Assembly (NCBI GenBank): GCA_050950825.1
Contig: JBMNIH010000006.1
Coordinates: 192,001 to 256,000, forward strand
Direction of reading: 5' to 3'
DNA length: 64,000 bases
DNA from: Clostridia bacterium
GTDB lineage: Bacteria > Bacillota > Clostridia > JAAYHZ01
The translations under genes were made by a program, and so were the position numbers. The notes below the pieces were generated by a model that saw nothing but the letters and a program-made list of their open reading frames with translations, had not been told where the DNA came from and searched no databases. This document shows, piece by piece, positions 38,322 to 47,000 of the stretch (the first letter of the stretch is position 1; each line of letters begins with the position of its first letter).

Positions 38322-40007
38322 TTACGGATTATCCATTTTCGCAATCATATCGCTAACCAATTGGATTTCTTCGGGTGTACCTTCAACATACATAATATAA
38401 TGGAATGAATCTCCTCTGGCAATGTTGCCGGATATGTAAAATTGTTCTTTCAATAAACCTGTTAATTTTACTAAAATATCCCTGCGCGCTTCTAACTTCT
38501 GCTGACCGTCTATAACCGTAGAATAATCCACCGGTACTCGTATTGCCGTTCCCTTCACATCCAAGCCGTTGATCAACTCTCTTACTTCGTCTTGCATGTA
38601 TTCCGGGCACACAACCAATAAGTCTTTACTGAATTTTGCTAAGTTCATCGTATAAACGTTGAGATTTTCAATCGCCATAGATTCGATTCGTGCAGCCGCT
38701 TCTTGGGCCGTTATATTATTCAACCGGTGGTGATAGTATTTTGTTTTATCGGCTAAGTAGCGTTGATCCAATCCGTCTACCAGTTCAAGGAAAGATTTAA
38801 AGGCATCGGGTTTTGCATGAACCAAAACCACGCTAGGATAAAAATCCAAAGGAAATACGGTAACTTCCGGAAGCAAACCGGATACGATATCCGCAATATC
38901 TTCGTAAACTATATGTTGAAAGCTGTAATGATAAAGAACATATTCGGAATCATCCAAACCGCCTTCCGGAGGAGCATTCTTTTCGATATCCATCTTATTT
39001 TTTACTTCCAAGAAATTGGATATGGCATTGGAATCCCCGTTCACCCAAACGGTTTTCGGATTGTTGGGTACCGTTATCATATCGAGTTGAATTCCAAGTC
39101 CGGATACGATGTTTCTAAGCATATCGGCCGTTATGTACCGTAACTCGTATTGCCTTAAGTATATTCTCGTTTCGTTGACAACCTCATCCGGAAAGTATTC
39201 TTTTTTATCTAAGATGGTTATAAGTTCGGCTACTTTAGCCAATTCTTGCGGTGTTCCTTGGACAAATAAATGATTGGGAGTGGAAGATAAGAAAATGTTC
39301 GTAAGTTCTAATCCTAAGGCTGCTATCTGCGTGCTTAATACTTCTGCAGGTATGTATTTTAACTTAAAATCCTTCAAGGTTATTTCATTAAAGAAATTTT
39401 TCTTCAGCATATCAATAGGACCAATAATTATAATATTGCCGTCTCGTATATACGACAACTTTTGTCCGGAAGGCTGTACCGTTTTTAAAAACATATCTAA
39501 TGCTTTCTTGGGCTTTACATTTTCGACAACGAATGTTGCCGTGTCATCCTGCCCTATATAGAAGATATATTCGTTTACATATAAGGCTATGGAAGATAGG
39601 ATGTCACGGACACTTGCATTTAACATGGCAATAGAAATTTCCGGCGAATCATCTTCCTCTGACAATAAATACTCCGACAAAAATTCATATGTAGTTGTTT
39701 CCTGATCGTCTTTCCCTTCCTCTTCGCTCAATTCGGTTTTGACACCTTTTTCAGGAGGTGATTCTGATATTAACAGTTTTTGACCGGGAAAGATGATATT
39801 TTTGTCTTTGATACCGTTAGCCGCCGCTAAAGCATCCACATCTACGCCAAATTGATTTGCAATATTAGAAAGCGAATCTCCCGTTTTAACGACATAGTAT
39901 ATCGCTTCTGCATATACTTGAAAAGAAAAGGACATAATCAAAACCATCGTAACCGCTAGAGCAACGATTCGCTTAAAATTATTTTCACTTTTTACAGGAT
40001 ACCTCAT
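38322..40007 (-). CDS. Secretin (PilQ)-like protein: signal peptide, LysM, N0, five Secretin_N repeats, no C-terminal secretin barrel
   Basis: SPI cleavage VYA|EA; LysM YVVKTGDSLSNIA...IFPGQKL; N0-like ISIAMLNASVRDIL...ENVKPKKALD...YIRDGNIIIIGP; five repeats, mostly of the form L.YI.A...L.V.G.......ELI..LD; ends MDNP-stop. Confidence 0.8.
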   Translation of the reverse strand: MRYPVKSENNFKRIVALAVTMVLIMSFSFQVYAEAIYYVVKTGDSLSNIANQFGVDVDALAAANGIKDKNIIFPGQKLLISESPPEKGVKTELSEEEGKDDQETTTYEFLSEYLLSEEDDSPEISIAMLNASVRDILSSIALYVNEYIFYIGQDDTATFVVENVKPKKALDMFLKTVQPSGQKLSYIRDGNIIIIGPIDMLKKNFFNEITLKDFKLKYIPAEVLSTQIAALGLELTNIFLSSTPNHLFVQGTPQELAKVAELITILDKKEYFPDEVVNETRIYLRQYELRYITADMLRNIVSGLGIQLDMITVPNNPKTVWVNGDSNAISNFLEVKNKMDIEKNAPPEGGLDDSEYVLYHYSFQHIVYEDIADIVSGLLPEVTVFPLDFYPSVVLVHAKPDAFKSFLELVDGLDQRYLADKTKYYHHRLNNITAQEAAARIESMAIENLNVYTMNLAKFSKDLLVVCPEYMQDEVRELINGLDVKGTAIRVPVDYSTVIDGQQKLEARRDILVKLTGLLKEQFYISGNIARGDSFHYIMYVEGTPEEIQLVSDMIAKMDNP

Positions 40008-40040
40008 GCTGTCCTCCTGAATTATTAAACTATTGGTATG

Positions 40041-40553
40041 TTATTCGAACAAAGATAATATGACACGATTTCCGCCTACCTCTTCCACAGTAACCGTTTC
40101 CTTTCGAATCTCGATTACTTTAAGTACATCATCAATTTCACCGTTTTTCTCGAGAATATAGGAAACACCGCCGGCAGAAATAACACAACAACTGTTACCC
40201 TTTTCACTATAGACAATACCTTTTAATTGATATTGGGAAGTACGGAAAGGGTCCTTTTGAAGTTCCGAATCAGACAATGCTCTTTCTCTAATCGGTAGCA
40301 AATTCAATATTCTCTCACCCACGTCGGTATTTGATGTCATTTGGGACGATTCTCCGGATGGAGTTGTGATGGTAGGATTGGTCGTTGGAGGTGCGGACAC
40401 TTGCTGTTCGGAACCGAACATACCCGAAAATACATAAATGTACAATAAAACAATTATCAAAACTACTAACACCGGCAACACGAAGACCAAAGACTTGTTT
40501 TCTTTAAAAAACTTCTGAGCCTTTGATTCTTTCTTACCGCTATACTCACTCAT
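40041..40553 (-). CDS. PilP/GspC-HR-like protein with N-terminal TM anchor
   Basis: TM, Pro/Thr linker, KDPF (cf. PilP RDPF), then YQLKGIV...CVI...GEI...KVIEIRKETVTV beta-sandwich pattern. Directly upstream of the pilQ-like gene. Confidence 0.7.
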   Translation of the reverse strand: MSEYSGKKESKAQKFFKENKSLVFVLPVLVVLIIVLLYIYVFSGMFGSEQQVSAPPTTNPTITTPSGESSQMTSNTDVGERILNLLPIRERALSDSELQKDPFRTSQYQLKGIVYSEKGNSCCVISAGGVSYILEKNGEIDDVLKVIEIRKETVTVEEVGGNRVILSLFE

Positions 40554-40587
40554 AACCTTTTACTCCCCGCTTAAAGAACTCAATTTC

Positions 40588-40615
40588 ATTGTAACACAAA
40601 AAACCATAATTTCAA
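40588..40615 (-). promoter_or_regulatory. Sigma-A-type promoter of the pilP-pilQ-like operon
   Basis: Minus strand TTGAAA (40615-40610), 16-bp spacer ending TGT, TACAAT (40593-40588). Confidence 0.6.
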
Positions 40616-40738
40616 GTAACAATACAATAATGTTTGTGTCAAGTACTCGTGGGCAAATTTTTCATTTTCCTTGCAGTTAGAATATTACAGTACTTTTTTG
40701 TTTAGTTTGAGCCTACTTACCGCATTTATTCCACGGTT

Positions 40739-40873
40739 CCCTTGACAATGAGCCTCTATCGGCATGTATTCAGGCATCACCGGCACCACCCATTCTGAGC
40801 AAGCAGCAGGGCGCTGGAGTATGGGTGATGCCTAGTTAAGTAGCCTAACATGCCGCATACTCATTGTCAAGGG
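40739..40873. repeat. Nested inverted repeats forming a long stem-loop in the IS 3' region
   Basis: CCCTTGACAATGAG/CTCATTGTCAAGGG (14 bp), CGGCATGT/ACATGCCG (8 bp), AGGCATCACC/GGTGATGCCT (10 bp), all nested. Confidence 0.8.
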
Positions 40874-40896
40874 ACTTTCGCGGCATAAACGCTACT

Positions 40897-42363
40897 TCAT
40901 CTGTATATCATCTCACTGAATACTTTAAGGTCAAACATACTACGGATTGCTTTTCTACTATTTGTAACCTTGCAGTTTGAAAACGGTATTTGCCCTTGGT
41001 GTATTGGATATAATGATTTCTTAACTGTTTTCTTTACTGCTGCCTGGGTACTGCTAATAGTTTCTACAAAACGCTCTGTAAGCCTTTCTGATAACTTTCC
41101 TGATATAAGCGCTGATATTTTATCCTTGAATCCTTTCTCCATCTTTAATGCTATGATCTTTGATAAATTGTTTGCTCCCTTCTCACTCCAGCTTTTTCCT
41201 CCCTTCATACGCTTTGCAAATATGTTTACATTCCTCTCCATAGTGCCTAAAGTTCTGTATTCCATCCCTTCCGGAGCATTGGGCAGAGTAACATTTTTCC
41301 TGTCTTTGTATACTACTATTCCATCAATGTTGCTTTTTATATAGTCTTCAAGGTTTGTAAGCTTCTTTACCTCACTTTCTAAACCCCCACATTCATACTT
41401 TAAACTATCAATTTTGTTTAATGCTTTTTCAATTTCCCCGCTCTTTAGCCACCTTAGTATATGCCGTCTAGCCTGCTTGTCGTACACATTACGGATTATG
41501 CTTTTAGCAAGATGATAGCGATCCAGTTGAAAAATGTCCATTTCCGAATCGTGCCCGTTTCTTATCCAGGCTGCACCATCTCCATTTAATACTCTATAAA
41601 CTATTTCATCAACATTATATTTCTTTGCTACTACAGCATCTCTTAAGGATTTAAACTCATCGGGTTTCATATATCCGGCAAAAGCTGATTTCTCAACTGT
41701 TTTGTATTCTTTTGAAGATGGATACCTCTTTTCCCATCCCTCATATATAACCCCTATCTTAAGCTCTTTTTTGCCCTTTGAAGATTTCTCCCTGCTCTTT
41801 CCCTGTATGGAAAGCCACAGACCATCAGCTTCTTCAAATAGCACAGGAACTTCTCTACTTCCTCCTGATAGTTTATTACTTTTAAAAGATTCAACCATGC
41901 ATTTTTCGGCTTCTTCCTGCTTTTCCCCCACAGCCTGAACAATATTCCATACACCTTGGTGGCTTATGGACTGATTAGTGAAGTCAGAAACCGCTTTAGA
42001 TACTTCCCTGTAAGACATTTCACAGCTATGTTCAAGCACTTTTTCTACAAGATTAGGAGATATGAGCCCTATAGTATCAAGCCCGAGCTCTTCATCTAGC
42101 AAAAACACATATTCCGTACTTCCATCATCCTTAAATCGTTTATATAGCACCCGGCTTAAAGGCACTTCTCCCATCAGTGTCTTAATTGAGGTTTTTCGTG
42201 TCCCCTTATGCCTTAATTCAGCCTTGTTTCTGTTCTTGCATAGATCCTTATCAAGTCTTTCCAAAAACTCCTTCATTAGTATTTTAGCCACTTCGCAGCC
42301 TATTTCAAAAAAACTTCTCTCAATCTCCTTGAATGTTACCTTATTTCCAGTTAAACTATTCAT
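40897..42363 (-). CDS. ISLre2 (UPF0236) family DDE transposase
   Basis: IKTLMGEV, LLDEELGL, LFEEADGLW, NGDGAAWI, LDRYHL, LGTMERNV, KRMKGGKSWSEKGA. Start MNSL after AAAGGG. Confidence 0.92.
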   Translation of the reverse strand: MNSLTGNKVTFKEIERSFFEIGCEVAKILMKEFLERLDKDLCKNRNKAELRHKGTRKTSIKTLMGEVPLSRVLYKRFKDDGSTEYVFLLDEELGLDTIGLISPNLVEKVLEHSCEMSYREVSKAVSDFTNQSISHQGVWNIVQAVGEKQEEAEKCMVESFKSNKLSGGSREVPVLFEEADGLWLSIQGKSREKSSKGKKELKIGVIYEGWEKRYPSSKEYKTVEKSAFAGYMKPDEFKSLRDAVVAKKYNVDEIVYRVLNGDGAAWIRNGHDSEMDIFQLDRYHLAKSIIRNVYDKQARRHILRWLKSGEIEKALNKIDSLKYECGGLESEVKKLTNLEDYIKSNIDGIVVYKDRKNVTLPNAPEGMEYRTLGTMERNVNIFAKRMKGGKSWSEKGANNLSKIIALKMEKGFKDKISALISGKLSERLTERFVETISSTQAAVKKTVKKSLYPIHQGQIPFSNCKVTNSRKAIRSMFDLKVFSEMIYR

Positions 42364-42521
42364 ATCACGATCCCTTTCGTTTGGTTTTTGGTCAATTCTC
42401 AAACTACAGGAAAATCGTGATTATGGGAAGACCTATTTTGGGTTCTTTCCATATTTTTTTATATTTGCCTACGATAATTTTACTCTAAGTACAATAATAT
42501 ACAGATTTTTTTCGAAAATAC

Positions 42522-42552
42522 AAATATAGCGTAAATAACTTACGCTATATTT
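42522..42552 (-). terminator. Hairpin/terminator downstream of the pilin gene
   Basis: AAATATAGCGTAA-ataac-TTACGCTATATTT, perfect 13-bp stem. Confidence 0.6.
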
Positions 42553-42770
42553 ATATGTAAAACGTTCAATATCAAATTAAAAAAATGTAAGTACTTCTTC
42601 TATCCCAAATCTTATATTGTATATATTAAAGCTCTTATTTTTCTTCGTCAGACGGGGCAGGAGTTCGTAAATTCCTAACTCTCCGTTGCCGTCTAAATAA
42701 AGAACCTTTTCTCCATCAATGCTAATATAAGCTTTTGGTTTACCGTCTTGTGGACCCTATAAAGTATTTG

Positions 42771-43040
42771 TCACCCGGGCCATGCTTGTATATAAGCAGG
42801 CACTATATCACCAATATCGGGGATCTGTACCGCTCTTCCAACTGTATAATATTGCATGAGTGCACTATCAATCGTTCGAAGGTTTGCTTTAATAGCCGCT
42901 TCTTCTGCTCTGTCCGTCACTGCGTTATATACCGGTATAGCAATAGCCGTCAGCACTCCGATGATGGCTACTACGACCATCAATTCAACCAATGTAAAAC
43001 CCTTTGTGTTTCTCATTAACTTCGTAAAATATTGAATCAT
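42771..43040 (-). CDS. pilA: Major type IV pilin (short; 3' end possibly frameshifted)
   Basis: TKG|FTLVELMVVVAIIGVLTAIAIP; 75 aa mature protein. Confidence 0.85.
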   Translation of the reverse strand: MIQYFTKLMRNTKGFTLVELMVVVAIIGVLTAIAIPVYNAVTDRAEEAAIKANLRTIDSALMQYYTVGRAVQIPDIGDIVPAYIQAWPG

Positions 43041-43146
43041 ATTTGAACCCCCTATGTTCTATGATTTTTATCCATATGTTACCACATAGATTTGAAATCT
43101 GCAAGATTATTTTATTTAAAAAACCATTTTTTTTTAATAAAATAGA

Positions 43147-44307
43147 CTAAATTACTCTTGTTCTTAAAACACCTTCAATATTTTGTATTTTTCCTACTAA
43201 TTCAGGTGTAATATCACCTTCGTAATCAATTATGGAATAGGCATTCTCCCCTTTACTTCTATTTAACATGTTTTCAATATTGATGTTGCTTTGGGCCAAG
43301 AAAGTGGATATTTGCCCTACCATGTTCGGAATGTTTTTATGGCAAACCGTCAAACGGTTTTTAGCCGTTCTATGCATTTGGCATTCCGGGAAATTAACGG
43401 AATTAACAATATTTCCATTTTCCAAATAGTCCATGATCTGCTGAACCGCCATAATGGCACAGTTTTCTTCCGCTTCCACGGTGGATGCACCTAAATGAGG
43501 TATCGCAATAACCCGAGGATGACCTACGATATTTTTATCGGGAAAGTCGGTAACATAATAGGCGACTTTGCCCGAATCCAAGGCTTTCAGCAAATCGTTC
43601 GTATTTACGATTTCACCTCGAGACATATTTATAATGGTAACACCGTCTTTCATGGAAGATATGAGCTTTTCATTAATCATTCCGACGGTGGTATTCATTA
43701 AAGGTACATGGACGGTAATGTAATCGCAATTGCGGGTTACGTCATCAATGGTTTCGGCGTGTATAATTTGTCTGGATAAGCCCCATGCATGTTTTACCGA
43801 TATATAGGGGTCATGTCCTAATACTGTCAAGCCCAAAGCGTTAGCCGCATTCGCAACCTTCGCACCGATAGCTCCTAACCCCAATACACCCAACGTTTTA
43901 CCGGCCAATTCGGTTCCGACAAATCTTGCCTTTTCTTTTTCCACTATCTTCGGCAGATCATCGTTTTTCTCCAAGGTATTTAACCATTGGATGGCATCCA
44001 AAACGTTTCTTGCCACTAGAAACATACCTAAAAGAACCAATTCTTTTACCGCATTGGCATTCGCCCCGGGGGTATTGAACACAACAATCCCTTGTTCCGT
44101 ACATTTGTCAACGGGAATGTTATTGGTGCCGGCTCCGGCTCGTGCGATACATAAAAGGTTGTCATTAAACGTCATACCGTTTAAGTTCTGGCTTCTTACC
44201 AAAAAAGCATCGGCATCTTCAAAGCCGTCGGATACGGCATAAGAATTAATCGGAAAAAGATCCAAGCCTTTTTCGGATATATGATTCAACGTTTTTATCT
44301 TAAACAT
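43147..44307 (-). CDS. serA: D-3-phosphoglycerate dehydrogenase with ACT domain
   Basis: ARAGAGTNNIP, GLGAIG, PHLGAST, C-terminal HKNIPNMV ACT; follows serC. Confidence 0.94.
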   Translation of the reverse strand: MFKIKTLNHISEKGLDLFPINSYAVSDGFEDADAFLVRSQNLNGMTFNDNLLCIARAGAGTNNIPVDKCTEQGIVVFNTPGANANAVKELVLLGMFLVARNVLDAIQWLNTLEKNDDLPKIVEKEKARFVGTELAGKTLGVLGLGAIGAKVANAANALGLTVLGHDPYISVKHAWGLSRQIIHAETIDDVTRNCDYITVHVPLMNTTVGMINEKLISSMKDGVTIINMSRGEIVNTNDLLKALDSGKVAYYVTDFPDKNIVGHPRVIAIPHLGASTVEAEENCAIMAVQQIMDYLENGNIVNSVNFPECQMHRTAKNRLTVCHKNIPNMVGQISTFLAQSNINIENMLNRSKGENAYSIIDYEGDITPELVGKIQNIEGVLRTRVI

Positions 44308-44349
44308 GATTCCCCTCCAAATATAATTAGCAAATAATCATGCGTATTT

Positions 44350-45432
44350 TTAGCTGTTTTCTTTATCGAATTTCTTAATAAATTCTACTAACGCTTTTAC
44401 GCCGTCCAAGGGCATCGCGTTATACAAGCTTGCTCGTAAGCCTCCAACGCTTCGGTGGCCGTTTAGAGTAACCAAGCCTTCCTTCTTTGCTTCGTTTACG
44501 AATTTTTTGTCCAAATCGGGATTTCCCGTTACAAAAACCACGTTGGTTAAGGATCGATCTTCTTTCGCAGCGGGAGCTTTGAATAATACGGATTGATCGA
44601 TGGCGTCGTACAGCATCGCCGCCTTTTCTTTGTTCATCTTTTCGATGGCTTCAACTCCCCCCTGCTTTTTCACCCATTTCATAACAAGTCCCATGATATA
44701 AATGGAGTAAGTAGGAGGCGTATTAAACATAGAGCCTTTTTCGATATGTGTTTTGTAGCTCAGCATGGTAGGTAAATCCGAAGGAATATTGGCCGCTAAA
44801 TCCTCGCGGATAACGACAACCGTCAATCCTGCAGGACCTAAATTCTTTTGTGCTCCGGCATATATCAATCCGAACTTGTTAATGTCCATTTTCTCCGACA
44901 TGATGTTGGAAGAACAGTCGGCAATCAACGGCACGTCCTTTGTATCCGGAATATTCGCACATCTTGTTCCGTAGATCGTATTGTTCGTCGTAATGTGTAC
45001 ATAATCCGCATCCTTGGAAATCATATCGGAAGTGACTTTCGGATAATAGGTAAACTGCTTGTCCTCGGAAGAAGCGATAACATTTACGGAACCGAAACGC
45101 TTTGCTTCTTTAATGGCATTGGCGGACCATACACCGGTGTTTACATAATCCGCTTTTTTATTCTTCACCATTATGTTCATTGGTACCATAGCAAATTGAA
45201 GTGAAGCACCGCCTTGCAAGAAAAGAACATGGTAGTTGTCGGGAATGTTCATGATTTCCCGTAAATCTTTTTCCGTTTCTTCAATGATGGATAAGTAAGT
45301 AGACGAGCGGTGGCTCATTTCCAGAACGGACATCCCCGTACCTTTGTAATTCAACAGCTCCTCCTTCGCCGTTTCTAACACTTCGAAAGGAAGGATCGCA
45401 GGACCGGACGAAAAATTGTATACTCTTTCCAT
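44350..45432 (-). CDS. serC: Phosphoserine aminotransferase
   Basis: YNFSSGPA, EMSHRS, AGAQKNLGPAG, GHRSVGGLRASLYNA. Confidence 0.96.
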   Translation of the reverse strand: MERVYNFSSGPAILPFEVLETAKEELLNYKGTGMSVLEMSHRSSTYLSIIEETEKDLREIMNIPDNYHVLFLQGGASLQFAMVPMNIMVKNKKADYVNTGVWSANAIKEAKRFGSVNVIASSEDKQFTYYPKVTSDMISKDADYVHITTNNTIYGTRCANIPDTKDVPLIADCSSNIMSEKMDINKFGLIYAGAQKNLGPAGLTVVVIREDLAANIPSDLPTMLSYKTHIEKGSMFNTPPTYSIYIMGLVMKWVKKQGGVEAIEKMNKEKAAMLYDAIDQSVLFKAPAAKEDRSLTNVVFVTGNPDLDKKFVNEAKKEGLVTLNGHRSVGGLRASLYNAMPLDGVKALVEFIKKFDKENS

Positions 45433-45603
45433 ATAATCGTGCTCCTTTTTTTATACACTATCATATTGATTCTTTCTTTCCATGTCAATTATTCGTTAAA
45501 CATTTAACAAATAAAAATGGAAGGATTACGTAAGATATTTTAATTCCTATCATACTACTCCCTTTTGCATAAAAAATCAATTGCTAATTATCCATTTTTT
45601 CAT

Positions 45604-46851
45604 TTAGTAATCAAAAATTCTTCGTGCCGTTTTGTAAGTCCTCAAGTAGTATCCGGAAAGCTCGGATATGACGACGCGTTTGCCGTTAGAGCCGCTTGAA
45701 GAGGCATGAATAAATTGATTGTTCCCTATATATATACCCACATGAGTGATGGCGCTGCTGCCACTTTGGCCTGCAAAGAAGACCAAGTCACCGGCTTTCA
45801 AAGAAGACATGGGAACATATTTGCCGTAGTTGGCTTGGGTGGCGGCAAAATGAGCCATACGAAAACCAAAATCTTTATATACATACAAGGTGAACCCGGA
45901 GCAGTCAAAGCCTCGAGGACTCTCTCCTCCCCATACATAAGGAACGCCTAAATATTTTTTTGCCGTATTGACGATTAATTGCTGAATGAGTTTCATTCCG
46001 TCCCACTCGGAAGGAGGTTCCAAGACGTTTAAAGCGGGATAGTCCGTTTGAACGGGAGAAAGATACGGTGCATATTCGACGTAATCTTCTTTGATCCATG
46101 CATCATTGCCGTCATTCAGCTTGATGCGGTACCAACCGTTATAGCAGCCGTAGGTGGCATAAAAGTCGTTTTTATCGGCGATTTCCGTAACCGCCGCTCC
46201 TAAATCGGGAAAAGCTCTTATATTGACTTTATCTCCTTTTACGACGGCAAGACCGATGGTTTTGTAATTGGTTTCCACCAGCTTACCCATAATCCAGCCC
46301 AAAGTACCGTCGAATTCTACAAAGTAATACTCGTTGTCTCTTGCGTGTATATATACTTGCGTATCTTTTTGTAGAACCGATATGACTTCGCTACTCGAAT
46401 CGGGAGATTTTCGAAAGTTTACGTTATCTTCTTCCACGATACCGATACAAACCGGTTCTTCGGGAATATAGATGAACCAAGCATAGATCCAACAGATTTG
46501 ATCGTTCATGGAAAAAGCGTACCAGCCGTTACTTTTATACTTTATAAAAGTCAGCTTGTCGCCTTTACTGACGGATCCGACCACTTCATACTCTAAACCC
46601 GGGCCGGATCGAATGTTGACCGATGTGGATATAACCATTCCTTCTTTGCTGACATCCGTTTCGTATTCCTGCTGAGGAATCGGCGGCAATGCTTGCCACG
46701 GTTCCGATATATTCATGATATGGGCTACATCTTGATCTGCCGTAGGCTCCCCGAAAACAACGGACGGAAATACGAATAACACCACACAAAAACAAATTAA
46801 CAATAAACCCCTACACTTCATCACAATACTACTTCCTTTTGTTCCTTTCAC
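45604..46851 (-). CDS. NlpC/P60 peptidoglycan endopeptidase with three SH3b domains
   Basis: VNIRSGPG, VNFRKSPD, VNIRAFPD repeats; LGVPYVWGG...FDCSG...HVGIY...FIHAS. Confidence 0.93.
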   Translation of the reverse strand: MKGTKGSSIVMKCRGLLLICFCVVLFVFPSVVFGEPTADQDVAHIMNISEPWQALPPIPQQEYETDVSKEGMVISTSVNIRSGPGLEYEVVGSVSKGDKLTFIKYKSNGWYAFSMNDQICWIYAWFIYIPEEPVCIGIVEEDNVNFRKSPDSSSEVISVLQKDTQVYIHARDNEYYFVEFDGTLGWIMGKLVETNYKTIGLAVVKGDKVNIRAFPDLGAAVTEIADKNDFYATYGCYNGWYRIKLNDGNDAWIKEDYVEYAPYLSPVQTDYPALNVLEPPSEWDGMKLIQQLIVNTAKKYLGVPYVWGGESPRGFDCSGFTLYVYKDFGFRMAHFAATQANYGKYVPMSSLKAGDLVFFAGQSGSSAITHVGIYIGNNQFIHASSSGSNGKRVVISELSGYYLRTYKTARRIFDY

Positions 46852-47000
46852 TAGAGTTGTCTTCTTTTTATATAAAAATCTCTTTTAAAGTTAGTATATT
46901 CACGAAAATTGAGAATGTCAACGTTTAATATTTCCAAACAAGTGGTAAGGGTCAATAACAATTTAAACATTTTTATGGATTTCGTTCAATTTTCATATCT

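Larger units (their letters stand above)
40632..42489 (-). mobile_element. ISLre2-family insertion sequence
   Basis: Imperfect 27-bp terminal IRs (GTTTGTGTCAAGTACTCGTGGGCAAAT vs CTTAGAGTAAAATTATCGTAGGCAAAT, 19/27) flanked by a 9-bp direct repeat TACAATAAT at 40623-40631 and 42490-42498. Confidence 0.88.

Noticed and set aside
38322-40007. Treating the PilQ-like gene as a pseudogene or as proof of an outer membrane
   Set aside because: The ORF is intact and ends at a domain boundary with no barrel remnant downstream. No outer-membrane genes appear in this window, although envelope type cannot be settled from it alone.
42771-43040. Short pilin as a Geobacter-type conductive e-pilin
   Set aside because: Only 6 aromatics in 75 mature residues, none at positions 27 or 32, and the short length may be a frameshift artefact.
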